A stretch of 64,000 nt of DNA from Eledone cirrhosa. Lineage: Eukaryota. A program made the translations under genes and the position numbers. Below the pieces are notes generated by a model, which was not told where the DNA came from, did not search any database, and saw only the letters and a list, made by a program, of their open reading frames with translations. The stretch lies in assembly GCA_964016885.1 (NCBI GenBank), contig OZ024740.1:161200001-161264000 (forward strand), given 5' to 3'. Below, piece after piece: positions 28,101 through 41,400 of this stretch (its first letter is position 1; each line of letters starts with the position of its first letter).

Positions 28101-28499
28101 CGTACCCAGAAAGGCTTCCAGGCGTCTAAAGAAGTCCGGCCGTCCTGCCCCAGTAGTAGCATAGACGGCCACCAGTCTAAAGGCACCACCTTCATTATTG
28201 TTCACGTCCAGGACCACCAACTTCCCGTCCGGGTCCCGGAAGATGGACCTTACCTCGAGATCCAGGCCTTTCCTGAACAGCACTGCCACCCCGCCTCTGA
28301 TTCCCGGCCGGCTAACAGATGCAAAGATCTGATAGTCGTCGAAAATGGGGGCTAGTGCGCGCGTGTCGGAAATCCTGGTCTCGCTGACTGCAAGTACATC
28401 CATTTCTATAGACCTGAGGTCGTTGAGCAGGTGACCCTGCTTCCAGGACGATCCCAGGCCTCGAACATTTAAACATCCTACTCTTAATACGGCCAGGTT
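25113..28499 (-). pseudogene. Tx1 ORF2 (APE-RT), multiple frameshifts
   Basis: ORF track pieces from 28403 down to 25113 are collinear with copy 1 ORF2. Confidence 0.88.
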
Positions 28500-28527
28500 G
28501 GCAGGTTAAACAGAGAGAGAGGAAGGT

Positions 28528-30497
28528 TTACTTACCTTCCGGGCTCTTGTGAAGGTCGGGTTGTTCGACCTCCATAGTTAGTGGGGTTTCTTTTGGGAAC
28601 CCCTTTAAAAGTCTTGAAGTGGGTTTTACGTTCGGGGTTCCCACGTCCCGAGGAAAGCTGACTCGTATTTCTTTGAATATGTCGAGCGACATTCGCACCA
28701 GAACCAAATCTTTCGGCACGCGAAATGTGCTCGATTTAAAAATTTCCCCCTCTTTTTGTATATTTTCACTTCGTGCTACGAGGGCCATCAGTTCCTTGTT
28801 GGCCCTCCTGACGAGCAGGAAGTTTTGTATGTTTTGTTGGTGTGATTTTATTTGGTTGCGTGGCTGTAGTGGTGATGGTTTTGGTGGTGTTGTTTCGGTT
28901 GCCTCTGTGTTTGTTGTGAGTGCGGTGTCTGTGGTTTCAGATGTTTGTGTGTATATTTGTTCTTGCGTCTGTTTCGGTTGTTTGCGTTTGGGGGATTCTG
29001 GCGATAGTGATGGTGGTGTTGATGTTGGCGTTATTGGAGAGATGTTTGCGTGGGTGGTGTCTGCGTTTTTTATTGTGGGTGCTTTTGTGCTTTGTTGAGT
29101 TTTTTTCTTTTTCTTTTTGTGTTTCCTTTTTTGTATTTTGGGGGATTTGGGATTTCCCTCATTTTCACTACTGGTAGATGAGGGGTCTGTGTCTGTAAGT
29201 GTGTCTGTATGTATGTTTATGGTTTTATTGGTGTGTGTATTTTGGGGGGGAGGGGGGATTTGACAGCTTTCCTCGTTTCCCCCCTGGGTGGTCAATGTTG
29301 GCGGTGGTCTTTCTATTGGTGTTGTTGTTGGTGGTTTTGCTGGTGCTGGTGTTGCTTGTGGTCCTCGCCCCGGCGTCGGCAGCAGTGGAGCCTTTCGACC
29401 CCTTGCCTCTTTCAGCAGTTGAGGGCAGAAGGCTCGCAAATGGGTTTTTTCCCCACAAACAAAACACTGCGGCCTTTTGCCTTCGGTCATAATGTGAATG
29501 ACCGTCCCATTCTGAAGGCGAATGTGGTTCGGGATTGTCTTCACATTCTCGGGACTGATCTGGAGAAGGATCTCCAGGTCAACCCCGTACCAGTCCTCTC
29601 TGGCCGTTCTGGTCATTTCTATAGGGACTGTATCCGTCCCCTCCACAATCACACATCCCAGAAGCCACATGTCAAGTCCTGGTTGGATTCTGGGAATGCG
29701 AATGTTCTTTTTCCCATGTGGGAGGGGTACATAATGACCTTGCTGGTTTTGCAAGGAGTCATAGCGTGTTTCATAGCGAGGGCTTCTGACTTGAACAACA
29801 CCGAAATGGTGCCGTACTGTCTGCCCTTGTCTATGTACTGGGTGTCTTCTCTGATGCACCTCAGCGCGATTTCGACATCTTCTTGTGGGATTAAAGCTGC
29901 CCTTTTGGTTTGTGCTGAGATGCATCTATAATGCACCGTTTTGCGCTCTACTGCCTCAATAGCTTCTACCGGGACAGTTAAGTTGGCCCAAGTTTGCTCT
30001 TGCTTGATGAGCTTCCATGCCTGGGCCAACTTTAAATCTTTGTTTGAGAGGTCCATGTTGAAGCATGGCCTCTTTTTTGCTGCTACCGGCAGCGAAAGTG
30101 TTCTTATTTTCGTGGGGGTTTTGTTGTCGTTGTTCTTGTTGGTGTTGTTGTTAACACTGTCGTTGTTATCATTGTTGTCTTTGTTGCCACCGTTGTTCTC
30201 GGTGCAGTTGGTATTGTTGCTGTTGGTGTTGTCGCTATTTGTTTTCATGTTAGTGGTGTTGATATTGTTGTTGTATTTGTTTTGTTTTTTTTTGTTATCT
30301 GTATTTTCGTTGTCGCTGTTACTGTCATTTTTTTCAAAATTAGTGTTCTTATTGGTATCATTGGTGTCTTTGTTTACATTGTTTGTGGTGATGTTTGTGT
30401 TATCAATGTGTGTTAATTTCGCTGTAGCGCTCCTCTCAACTTCTACGTCGTTGTCGCACGACAGCCGACATATCGCTGTGGGGCGTGGCTCAGCCAT
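28528..30497 (-). pseudogene. Tx1 ORF1 (gag-like, CCHC knuckle), one frameshift near 29700
   Basis: The 282-aa and 465-aa ORFs overlap; motif CFVCGEKTHLRAFC; homologous to ORF1 of copies 1 and 2. Confidence 0.85.
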
Positions 30498-30685
30498 GTT
30501 TTTTTTTCTTCGTAAATTTTTGAACAGGTAAAAAAAGGTTCAAATATTATACTTACCCCTTCACGGGGCAAAGTCTAAGGGTTTATATCCCTTACACAAC
30601 AAATAATTTTAACAGACAAATAAAGCGACTTACTGTGAGCGAGCAAAATACGTCTGCTTAGCCAATAATAATAATAAAAATAATA

Positions 30686-30940
30686 TTTGGAACTGCCATG
30701 AAGTCAAAGTGGTCCTGATTATCATAGGCGCACTAGGTACTATCTCAAAGAGTTTCCAATGATGGTTAAAGAAAATTAGTCCTGCCCCGCTTTTTGGAAC
30801 ACTTCAAAAGGCATGCTTGCTGGCAACAGCAAGAACCCTCCCATACGTCCTGAATATTTGAGGCTGCAGGTAGTGGCTTGATATTCATTTCAACAAACTT
30901 TCCAGTTAAATAACATCAATGACTGACACTCAAAGAACAA
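30686..30940 (+). mobile_element. Second R4/Dong-type 3' fragment
   Basis: Direct, slightly diverged match to 24590-24845; flanked by (TAA)n. Confidence 0.8.
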
Positions 30941-30964
30941 TAATAATAATAATAATAATAATAA

Positions 30965-31133
30965 TTGTTTCTACTTTAGGCACAAGGCCAGCAATTATCC
31001 CAGTGTATTACTGGTACTTTATTTTATCGACCCCGTTATTTTATCGATCCCTCGGCGGGATTTGAACTCAGTCCGTAAAGGGACGTAACTGTGCTGCAAA
31101 GCATGGCGTCCGACCCTCTACCGATACTGCCAA
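30965..31133 (-). mobile_element. SINE copy
   Basis: Matches the SINE consensus with a small internal rearrangement. Confidence 0.85.
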
Positions 31134-31140
31134 ATAATAA

Positions 31141-32586
31141 TGATTTCTTTATTGCCCACAAGGGCTGACATCAAGAAAAACATTACAGACGGCACAGGAC
31201 GGTACGATGTGGGTTTTGTGCGTGTAAAGATTTTTATTATTTATTTAAGAAACGAAAAAGAATAAAAAACATAGAAAAATATATATATATATATAAACAA
31301 TAAAAAATGAAAATTAAAACAATGAAAAATTCCCCAATAGGGGATAAACTTCCGAGGGTTACTCGTGGCGAAAACCACACAAAAGACCACAGCCACCCTG
31401 ACCACCAATTTTTCCATTCCTCAAACTACAAGGAAGACGGCGAGACCATCTGCACAATGGACTCAGTCGATAACTGGATCGGTCCTACACACGACAGCAA
31501 CTGTTCGACATAGCTCCACAAGTCAGCAATGCTCGGGCCATGAACGAGTGCGTGCACGACGGTTTCGTCGCTCTGCGCGCATCTTGGACAGGCTCGGCTG
31601 ACGGCACTTCCGTGCCTCTAGAGCTTATCTCGAACCGGCAACGCTCCCCGGTAGCACTGCCAGGCCAGGGATTTCTGGAAGTTATCCATAGGCCCTGGGC
31701 TGAAAGTTCTCCGGAAGAGAGCAAACAGCTGATCTTCTTCGACGCCCAGGATCTCTCCGAGAACGTCGTCGCTCTTCCCCTCCAATAGTCCTCTATAGAA
31801 CGCCGAGGTGGATGTTCCACCGATACTGGTGCCCAGCTGGCAGATGGCGGTGAGCGCCTGGAGATATTCCAGTTTCCAACGCTATCCCTCGGTCTTTTCC
31901 TGACCCAGGACTGCAGCTTCGTCAAGGAGACGAACTGTGGGAAAACGTTCCTGGCGAACGGCGACCACACCTGTTCACCGTCAAGGAAGCCCCAGAGAGG
32001 TCGCAGCCTCAGCGCATGTTTGCGCATCATCAGTCATGGCATACCCAGTCCTCCACGCAACGGGTGTTGACAGCAGATGAATCGTCGGACCATGGGAGCG
32101 CGTCCCTTCCACAAAAAGCGGAAGAGGAGGCGCTCCATTTTGGTGAGAGTTGGGCCGGGACGAAGGACGACGGTGAGGCGGTAGCAGATGACGGATGCGA
32201 TGTACGCATTCGCCACCTCCGCCCGGCCTTTCAGGGGGGCAGCTTCCTCCGGCCCATTTCTGGGTGAGGGAGGTCACCCTGTCGTCTCCTCGCTCCAGTT
32301 TTTCTCCATCTGGAGGTCCGGTCCGAACCAGACCCCGAGCAATTTAACCGGTCCGGCAGTCCAACGCCCCACGACGCTGTCGGACTTTCCTCTCCAGGTG
32401 TCGAGCTGCAAGCCCTCCGGCTTTTCCTGGTTTATGTTTGCTCCTGTCACCGCTTCGTATTCCTTGAGAGCGGTGCCGAACATCTGGATGTGTCTGGCTC
32501 TCCAGACCACCAAGGTGACGTCGTCGGCGTAAGCCGACTCGGATTTCCCGCATCCTAGTTCGCGTGGGACGCCCCTCATCTCCCCC
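31141..32586 (-). mobile_element. Second, diverged Tx1 family, 5'-truncated
   Basis: SAYADD, GVWFGPDLQMEKNW and ANAYIASVI motifs; 3' end cagcccttgtgggcAATAAAgaaatca(TTA)n; 5' junction in a SINE (TAA)n tail. Confidence 0.88.
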
Positions 32587-32610
32587 ATAATAATAATAAT
32601 AATAATAATA

Positions 32611-32983
32611 ATTGTTTCTACTTTTGGCACAAGGCCAGCAAATACCCAGTGCATTACTGGTACTTTATTTTATCGACCCCGTAAGGATGAAAGGCAAAGT
32701 GAACCTCGGCGGGATTTGAACTCAGGCCGTAAAGGGACGTAACTATGCTGGAAAGCATGGCGTCCGACTCTCTACCGATACTGCCAATAATAATAATTGT
32801 TTCTACTTTTGGCACAAGGCCAGCAAATACCCAGTGCATTACTGGTACTTTATTTTATCGACCCCGTAAGGATGAAAGGCAAAGTAAACCTCGGCGGGAT
32901 TTGAACTCAGAATGGTAAGGACCGTAACTCTATGCTGGAAAGCATGGCGTCCGACCCTCTACCGATACTGCCAATCCACCGCC
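32611..32983 (-). mobile_element. Two tandem full SINE copies
   Basis: Head-to-tail consensus copies joined through (TAA)n. Confidence 0.9.
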
Positions 32984-33177
32984 AATAATAATAATAAAGC
33001 GGTATATTCACGGTTCCATTCATTTGTTGCTTCAATATTTTCTGTAGAAACTAAAATGTGTGTAAATGAAGACATAGTTGATGATGATGATGTTGATGTT
33101 GATAGTGATATGCGCACATCTGTGTGTAAATATATGAATATGTGTTTGTATTTTGTGTGTATATAGATAGATATATC

Positions 33178-33279
<102 letters not shown>

Positions 33280-33666
33280 GTGTGTGTGTATGTGTAAAGC
33301 AGTTGGATTTGGTTTTATAGTGTCTTCCATATTTATTTCATGCTAGCCTAATCTTTTGTAAATTGGGACAATAATTGTTGAAGCAAATAACACATAGGAT
33401 GTGTCTGTGTGTGTGTGTGAATATACATATGAGTGTCTAAGTTTATATATGCGTGCGTGCGCACATTTTCAATTGGATGCCTATCATACTACTACGAATC
33501 CAAATATGAAATGAAACGGAACCGATATTAAATTTGTCCGGACAATTTTGTTTATTTTGTAGTTATTCTTTTCTTTATAAATTGTCTACCGAAGCAAGTT
33601 TGCTTTGACGTATGAGCTAAAGAATCATGCGAAGTTATAACAGAACAATTGCAGCATTAAAATAAA

Positions 33667-34169
33667 CTAGCAGAAAAACGACCCTACGGGTGGTTTTCTG
33701 CTAGCATGTGTAGTGTGCATATTGATATTATACACAAATATATATGCATGTAGATATGATACATCAAATAAAATCGTAATTGACAATATACACAGAAATT
33801 GAACTAACTCTATGTTACACTGTCTTATGTAATCAGTAACGTAATCCATGATACATTAAAAAACGACGATATTATATATAAACTGCATTAGGAGAAAATT
33901 AACGGCGGAAATATATGCGATATTTTTATATGTGTCCCTAACCGGCCGCTAACCGGAGGTGTTGACATTTGAAAATTTGAAAGAAATGAATTTTAAAGGT
34001 CTTTAAATAAGCTATAAAATATATTTAATCAACAGCCAAGAAATTTAGTAGATAAATTATGTAATATTCATTCATTATTTATTCAAAGTAATCCAACTTA
34101 TTTTACTAACGGGGTAAAAAAATATATTCTGGACGCAATCCCGCACTCCTTTCTTTATTATAGTTAAGA
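33667..34169 (-). mobile_element. Non-autonomous Helitron-like element
   Basis: Minus strand starts A|TCTTAACTATAATAAAG and ends with a GC hairpin (accacccgtagggtcgt) just before CTAG|T. No TSD. Confidence 0.6.
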
Positions 34170-34254
34170 TATGAATACTCCATTTTTGTATTGAGTACTT
34201 TTCCCATGTTTATAAATGTAACTTATTCTCTTTCTCTCTCTCACACACAATCTT

Positions 34255-34335
<81 letters not shown>

Positions 34336-34819
34336 CGCATATAATACAAATATAGTAGTTATAATAAATACAAAGACCAAAATCCAGGCAGGACTCGATA
34401 AGGGTTATCAAATATGTATTATTAGCAAATATTTATTATTAGCACAGATTAAAAGTTTAAGCAAGCAATTTCTGCTTTTACGCTAATCGGGACCATCTGA
34501 AACTGAGAAATATCAATCTGTAGACGCAAAAGTAAATATTTTAAAACATTACGATCACATATTACTTTAGAAAATAGAAATACGGTAGCGCATGAAGGCG
34601 TTCGCTTAAGATGTGGCGAAATGTATGCAAGGAGAATTACGTCATTAAGTCAAGCGGGAAGAACCAATTCTTACTATGAAAAAAAAACAAATTCCTGCTA
34701 TGAAAACACCAGGAGATTAATTTTCTTTTTAAAACAGCCATGTATGGAAAATAATATTATAGGAATAATATGATTAAACATAAAAATACTGAAGTTATTA
34801 ATAATAGTAAAAATAATAA

Positions 34820-34965
34820 TAGTTTCTGATTAAAGCAATATTTGGGAAGGGGAATGTGGATTAAATCGACCGCAGTACGTTACTGGTACTTTATTTTATC
34901 GACCCCGTAATGATGAAAGGCTAACCTCAGCATAATTTAACTCAGAACGTAAAGCGCCGTAACAA
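34820..34965 (-). mobile_element. Degenerate SINE
   Basis: actggtactttattttatcgaccccgtaa core. Confidence 0.7.
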
Positions 34966-35099
34966 TATACTGTCGTAACTGTCAATGCACCGAAATAATA
35001 AATAATAATAACAATAATGGTAACAAAAATAATGAAGTTACTAATAATAATAGTGATAAAAACAATAGGAATAACAGGATAATAATAATGAGGTAAATA

Positions 35100-35545
35100 C
35101 TTTTATATCCCCTTTCTTAAATACACTTTAAAACCCCCCAACATCACTCCCATCCCATTATCTTGCTGTCAACGGTCACCATTTTCAGTGTATCTATGTA
35201 TATATGTGTGTGTTTGTGTGTGTGTGTGCTTTAATTCCTTTAAATCTTCATCATCACTCCTTCACTCCCACAATCATTAACCCACCCACCCCTCCCAGGC
35301 ACATCCAAATCTCTCATATATAGAGTCACACATCACAACACAACCTAATCTCGGTTTGACAATCGCCACCGACGAATTCGAGAAAGTTCTCCAGGAAAGT
35401 TAACCAGGAATCTTTAAAAATCTTCCCACCGAAGTTAACAAAGAACTTACTAGATCTACCAACTCATAATACTATAATATTATAAAATTAAATCAAATTG
35501 TTTAGAACTACAAGTGAAGTCATTATTTTCCTTTTTTTTTCAAAT
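35100..35545 (+). mobile_element. PLE-like 3' end related to the 43317-44091 palindrome family, with HHR-like core at 35356-35391
   Basis: Shares TTGACAA..GAAAGnTCT, gttaacca and caagtgaag(t/c)catt motifs with 43850-44065; ends at (TA)n. Confidence 0.5.
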
Positions 35546-35557
35546 ATATATATATAT

Positions 35558-35670
35558 ATTCGGGAGAAATCATCAGGGCTTCCTGATGATTTCTCCCGAA
35601 TGAAACAGTTCTAGTGCTGTAGAAGCCATTTCTATATTATATATTATAGAAGCCATTTCTATATTATATA
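35558..35670 (+). ncRNA. Degenerate HHR of the 21918 family with a short 5' inversion
   Basis: CTGATGA t-ttc-tccc-gaa-t GAAAC agttcta GTG (GTC in the 21918 copy) ctgtagaagcc; 35558-35577 inverts 35582-35601. Confidence 0.65.
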
Positions 35671-35721
35671 TTATTAAAAATATTAACAAATGAAGGATAT
35701 TCACATAATCAAAATATATGC

Positions 35722-35781
35722 TTTATTATATATATTTCAAAGGTACTGTGTTGTTTTTTCAGTACGTCTTCATCAGATAAA
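35722..35781 (-). ncRNA. Hammerhead ribozyme (left-arm copy)
   Basis: Near reverse complement of 35901-35960. Confidence 0.8.
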
Positions 35782-35900
35782 ATATATGATTTGATATATG
35801 ACATACAGCTACGGTCTTGATTATACAATTCCAGTATTGGCAGTCAATACTGGAATTGTATAATCAAGACCGCAGCGGTATGTCATATATCAAATCATAT

Positions 35901-35960
35901 TTTATCTGATGAAGACGTACTGGAAAAACAACACAGTACCTTTGAAATATATATAATAAA
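35901..35960 (+). ncRNA. Type I minimal hammerhead ribozyme
   Basis: tttat CTGATGA agacgtactg-loop-cagtaccttt GAAA tatata TA ataaa. Confidence 0.82.
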
Positions 35961-36108
35961 GCATATATTTTGATTATGTGAATATCCTTCATTTGTTAAT
36001 ATTTTGAATAATATTAAAAACTCCAGGAAAACTTTTTCATGTTCAGTGCTTTTAATCTATTGTTAAATTGTATTCATTGAGTAATCAACGAACCATATTA
36101 ATCTACGG

Positions 36109-36168
<60 letters not shown>

Positions 36169-36187
36169 TTTGTATATTATAAATATA

Positions 36188-36243
<56 letters not shown>

Positions 36244-36269
36244 TTTGTATATTATAAATATCATTTATA

Positions 36270-36309
<40 letters not shown>

Positions 36310-36566
36310 ATTTATAATATGCAAATGATACATATTTACATGTCTTTATTTTGAATTTCGAAGTATTAATTATAAACAATTCTAATTATAAAAAAATATA
36401 CAGTATAATGAGATTATACACGCAGTTTCACGTGTACATAGACTGTCAATAAAACTTTCCATACTCTCCACACAAAAGCTAACGCCCAACGCGTTATTTT
36501 TTTCGCCGCCTCTCGGCCAACTTTGAAACGTACCAATAAACACACACATATATTTCTTTCTCTCTT

Positions 36567-36712
<146 letters not shown>

Positions 36713-36985
36713 AAGCTAATATAGCGCTATTCAGTCACCAGTTTGTGCCAAATTATAATGTTATGATAGATATATGGACGTATATTCGAACATTTTGGAA
36801 ATATACTTTACCCATGTTCGTTTGGCCTTTTTAATGAGTAGTTTAAACATGACCTATACTGGAATGTTCCAGGCAAATAAATCACAAGTGGTTGGCATAT
36901 ATTCATGTACTGTAAACGCTCGCAGATACGTGTGCGCTGTGTGCATGTACACACACAAACACATACATACATACAGATCTAAGTG

Positions 36986-37017
<32 letters not shown>

Positions 37018-38462
37018 ACAATATAGAAGACAGTTGGTTAGAATTCACCTCATATATATATATGTGTGTGTGTGTACATATATATATATATATAGAGAGA
37101 GAGAGGGAGGGGAGAAATTAAGTAATCGATTATGTAAATAAAATTAGCTATATTCTAACCTACTGGTATTGTTATACCAACACACCGGAGTGCCTAGACT
37201 TAAATGTATACTTCGTTATGTACTCTATCCCGCGTACAGTAGTGCCGGTTCATTAACTAAGACATACTATACCAAATATATATGAATATGTGTGCATACA
37301 TATACGCACGTAGATAAAATGCATATTTTATATATATGTAAATCTATACAGAAATATGTATGTACGTATAAAGCTAAATTTTAGGTTGAAAATCAGTGTT
37401 CGTTTTAGTGTAGTGGTCTACAAGACATGCGTAGTTCAATTCCCAGTGATTGTTCTCTCAAATTTGCATCACATATTTCGTGTACATAAATGCATCCTTT
37501 ACGTTTATCATAAAACGTTTTAAACATATATTTCAACAAACACATATACAAGCATTGATCTATGTATATGTTTGTGTTAGTAATACTATCGTGTGCTTTG
37601 ATGTCAGAATACGTTTTTATACTTAGAGCTTAAGTACACTACTTTGATTCTAAAGATCAAACTATAGTCAATCTCCCCAAGTTTCGATTGTAGGCGGAAA
37701 CCTGTTGGGGGTTTACTTAGAATTATTTCTCTGAACTTAAAGCATCTTAGTCATCATTGTCCATCAGCTTGAATATGTTCATGTCCATTATAGCTATCTC
37801 TTATTTGAGAGGGGATTTCGTTTGGATTAAGATGTTGGCTTCCATCTAATTATTAGAATTCTTTGAAAATATCCGTTGCTTGTTGTTGCTATTGTGTTGT
37901 ATAAAACCTGAACAGGATTGTTCAGATTAATAATCAAATATATTCCAGTCATGACCATCCAGTCTTTTATTTTTTAGACGTTATGTAAGCAAAACTAAAT
38001 TTAACCAACGTTTTATTTTTGTGTGTGCTCTGCTTTCAGCATTAGGGTTTGACTTGAGCACACCGAGTGACTACGTACAGGCTCTATCTTTCACATATTT
38101 TCTTAATATGTATCAAGATAGATTAGCTGTTGTTTTTTCTAATTGTCGTTTAGCTCCAGATTTTATATGCGGATGTGACGGCAATTCAGCAAATTGATAT
38201 TTTGGACCACCCAACTGGTGTTTTTTTAATCTAATTGTAAAAATAATCTTAGTTAATGTTTGTTGTGCAACTTTGTCAATATATGTTTATATATCATCCT
38301 GAATGCCCCTCGAGGTACATTCTGTCTTACACTATTGTAGATATATATATTATCAGCGTCACTGTCTTCCAGCCACTTCTATATATTATTGGTCCCTTGT
38401 AACCTATCCAACTGAAATGAAATATTGAAAAATGTCCGTTGCCTTCACTATTTAGTTTTAAT

Positions 38463-39705
38463 AATTGTTTCTACTTTTGGCATAAGGCAAGCAATTTCAG
38501 GAAAAGAGGAAAGAAGATCAAATCGAGCCCAGTGCGTTACTGGTTCTTCATTTTATCGATCCTGTAAAGAAAAAATGCCAAGCTAACCTCGGAAATATTT
38601 GAACTCAGAACGTAACCGGCCGTAACTATAAGCCACATAGCATGTTTTTCGACACTCTACGGCAACTACCTATCTGCCCCCCTAATTAGTTATAATAATT
38701 GATTCTACATTTTGCACAAACCTAACAATTTGAAGTGAAGGGGAAAGTCGATTAAATTGACAACAGTTCGTTACTTTATTTCATAGACCTCCGTAAGGAT
38801 GAAAGGCGAAGCTAAACTCGGTGGCATTTGAACTCATTACCTAAAGAGTCGTAACTCTATGCTGTAAAGCCTGTTATTCGACGCTCTGTCGTTACTGCCG
38901 CCAATCCACCACCCTCATAATAATGGTTTCTTATATAGACACAAGGCCAGCAATTTGGGGGGAGGTGAAAGTCGATTAAAGTACATTACTGGTACTTTAT
39001 TTTATCGACCCCGTAAGGATGAAAGGCAAAGTTAGCCTCGGCGGGATTCGAATTCAGATCATAAAAGGCCGTAACTCTGCTACAAAGCATGGCGTCCGAC
39101 TCTTTACCGATACTACCAATCCACCGCCCTCATAATAATTGTTTCTACTTTTGGCACAAGGTCAGCAATTATCCCAGTGTATTACTGGTACTTTATTTTA
39201 TCGACCCCGTAAGGATGAAAGGCAAAGTTAGCCTCGGCGGGATTCGAATTCAGATCATAAAAGGCCGTAACTCTGCTACAAAGCATGGCGTCCGACTCTT
39301 TACCGATACTACCAATCCACCGCCCTCATAATAATTGTTTCTACTTTTGGCACAAGGTCAGCAATTATCCCAGTGTATTACTGGTACTTTATTTTATCGA
39401 CCCCGTAAGGATGAAAGGCAAAGTTAACCTCGGCGGGATTTGAACCCAGATCGTAAAGGGACGTAACTACGCTGGAAAGCATGTCTGACCCTCTACCAAT
39501 ACTGCCAATTCACCGCACCGGCCTCATAATAATGATAGTAATAATGGTTTCGGATTTAGGCACATGGCCAACACTTTGGGGGGAGGGGGGAATTCGATTA
39601 AATCAACCCCAGTATGTAACTAGTATTTTATGTTATCGACTCCCGTATGAATGAAATGCAGATCTAACCTCGGTGGGATTTGAACTCAGAACATAAAGGG
39701 ACGCA
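38463..39705 (-). mobile_element. Array of about six head-to-tail SINEs of different ages
   Basis: Repeated consensus; two central units are nearly identical with a 196-bp period. Confidence 0.88.
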
Positions 39706-39948
39706 AAACATATTGTCTTTCGATAATGTCTGTCCATTGCGCATATTTTAGTAACATACATCCTGAACTGCATTGTCTTTTTTATCAAAAAATGATGTTA
39801 ACTGTTATTGTTGTAGCTGTGTCTTTTGAATACAGTTTTCGTTTTTTTTTCCTTTTCAATTTACTCCCTAGCAAAGGTTTTGTCTAATAGATTTTATTAT
39901 TTGAACACGATCAGGTACGCGGGACTCTGCCATACATACATACATACA

Positions 39949-39981
<33 letters not shown>

Positions 39982-40155
39982 TAAAAGCAACAATAGAAGG
40001 CAGGACTTGTAACTTAATTTTAATTCCCCAAAACTGGCTCAGCTTCATCAACCAAATATGATGTACATCCAAGCGATTTCATCAAGTGTTAAAGTGTTAT
40101 TTTCAGAATGATGAGTTATATAAGAGAATAGGATATCGGCTGATCATCGTTCAAT

Positions 40156-40225
<70 letters not shown>

Positions 40226-40333
40226 TGGAAGAGAAATTTCATCGCAATGTCGCTTTGAAATTGTTGCTTTTGTTGGTGAATTTATGAGAGAGAGAATGAG
40301 AGAACTGATAGATGATTAATTTATATGCTTTGC

Positions 40334-40457
<124 letters not shown>

Positions 40458-40649
40458 TTTGTTTTCTGTGTGTGTGTGTGTATATATGTGTGTGTGAGGA
40501 TATACGGTGCAAACAACATATTAACAAAGAAATTGCTGTGAATTTAACAAACTTCACTGAAATATTTCAATTGAACATTTTTTAATACGTGCATGAATTT
40601 TGATAACAATATTCCTGAAATCTGTAATAAATTAATATTGGTTATAAAG

Positions 40650-41400
40650 TACGATTGGAATTTGGCAGCATGTGATTAGAAATTCAAAATTGCCCGTTTC
40701 CTGTAGGCAAGCATTAAACCGTAAACGAAATCAATATTTCAAGTTGGCTTTTCTGAAATTTCTCCAAGAAACTCTGTTAACTTTCCTACATACGTACATA
40801 TTCTTCTTTGCCAGCCAACGTTGATTTAGTTGATAATGTTTTCTCGTCGTTCAAAATTCCTAATTAGTAATTTTCTTTTATCGTATTCAAGCCATAACAT
40901 AACGGTTGTTTTTGGTGTTGGAAAAATATTTTAATTCTTCGAATCACAGTTTCTATGTATGGAATCACCAGAACAATATATTCTCAACATGTAAACAATC
41001 GTATCTTTTTTCTTTGATGTATTTTTGTTTAGAAGGCGATTTAACTTCGTAGTATATCCAAGTGTTGGTTATACAAAACATCTGGACTTTACGGTTTCAG
41101 ATTTCATTAACTTACTTGAATTCACGCGTTCATCTATAGATACCTGTTTCCTAGGTATGAAGTATCCCGATTTTAGTTTTCAATGGATACTCATGTATAT
41201 TTAAACAAGCATTTACCACTAGAAGACATGTTTGTTATGGTCTACTTAATTATACTGAATAATTGGTGATGGTGATGGTGTGGCGAAGAAAGAAATACGT
41301 TACAATTCTCATCGAGCTATGATTTCCTGGAAAGATAAAAAAAACAAAAACGGGATGGGTTTCTGTAGTCTATTCTAGACCAAAAGCAGTGTTTTGTCTC
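40650..41400 (-). mobile_element. Possible highly decayed piggyBac transposase remnant
   Basis: Minus-strand YFIPRKQVSIDERV (near 41120-41165) resembles the piggyBac YxPxxxxSIDE motif; the rest is degenerate. Confidence 0.4.

Larger units (their letters stand above)
24865..30663 (-). mobile_element. Near full-length Tx1-type LINE (about 5.8 kb), disrupted
   Basis: 5'UTR, ORF1 (N-rich N-terminus, CCHC), APE-RT ORF2 pieces, and a 3'UTR ending ...ggcccttgtggccAATAAAtgaaaccg(TTA)n. (TAA)n lies on both sides. Confidence 0.93.
35677..36005. repeat. Fold-back palindrome of a PLE pseudo-LTR (5-nt loop near 35850)
   Basis: Arms of about 160-170 bp with few mismatches, an HHR in each arm, and a tail to about 36110 followed by (TA)n. 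Confidence 0.9.

Noticed and set aside
28619-30531. Long plus-strand ORFs antisense to Tx1 ORF1
   Set aside because: They are a by-product of the A/C-rich composition of the coding strand and show no domain signal.
24590-30940. About 255-bp direct repeats flanking the full Tx1, resembling LTRs or a giant TSD
   Set aside because: They encode the C-terminus of an R4/Dong RLE, are diverged from each other and are each bounded by their own TAA tracts, so they are independent insertions.
38463-39705. Regularly spaced repeats resembling a CRISPR array
   Set aside because: They are about 190-bp SINE units in eukaryotic DNA, with no unique spacers or cas genes.
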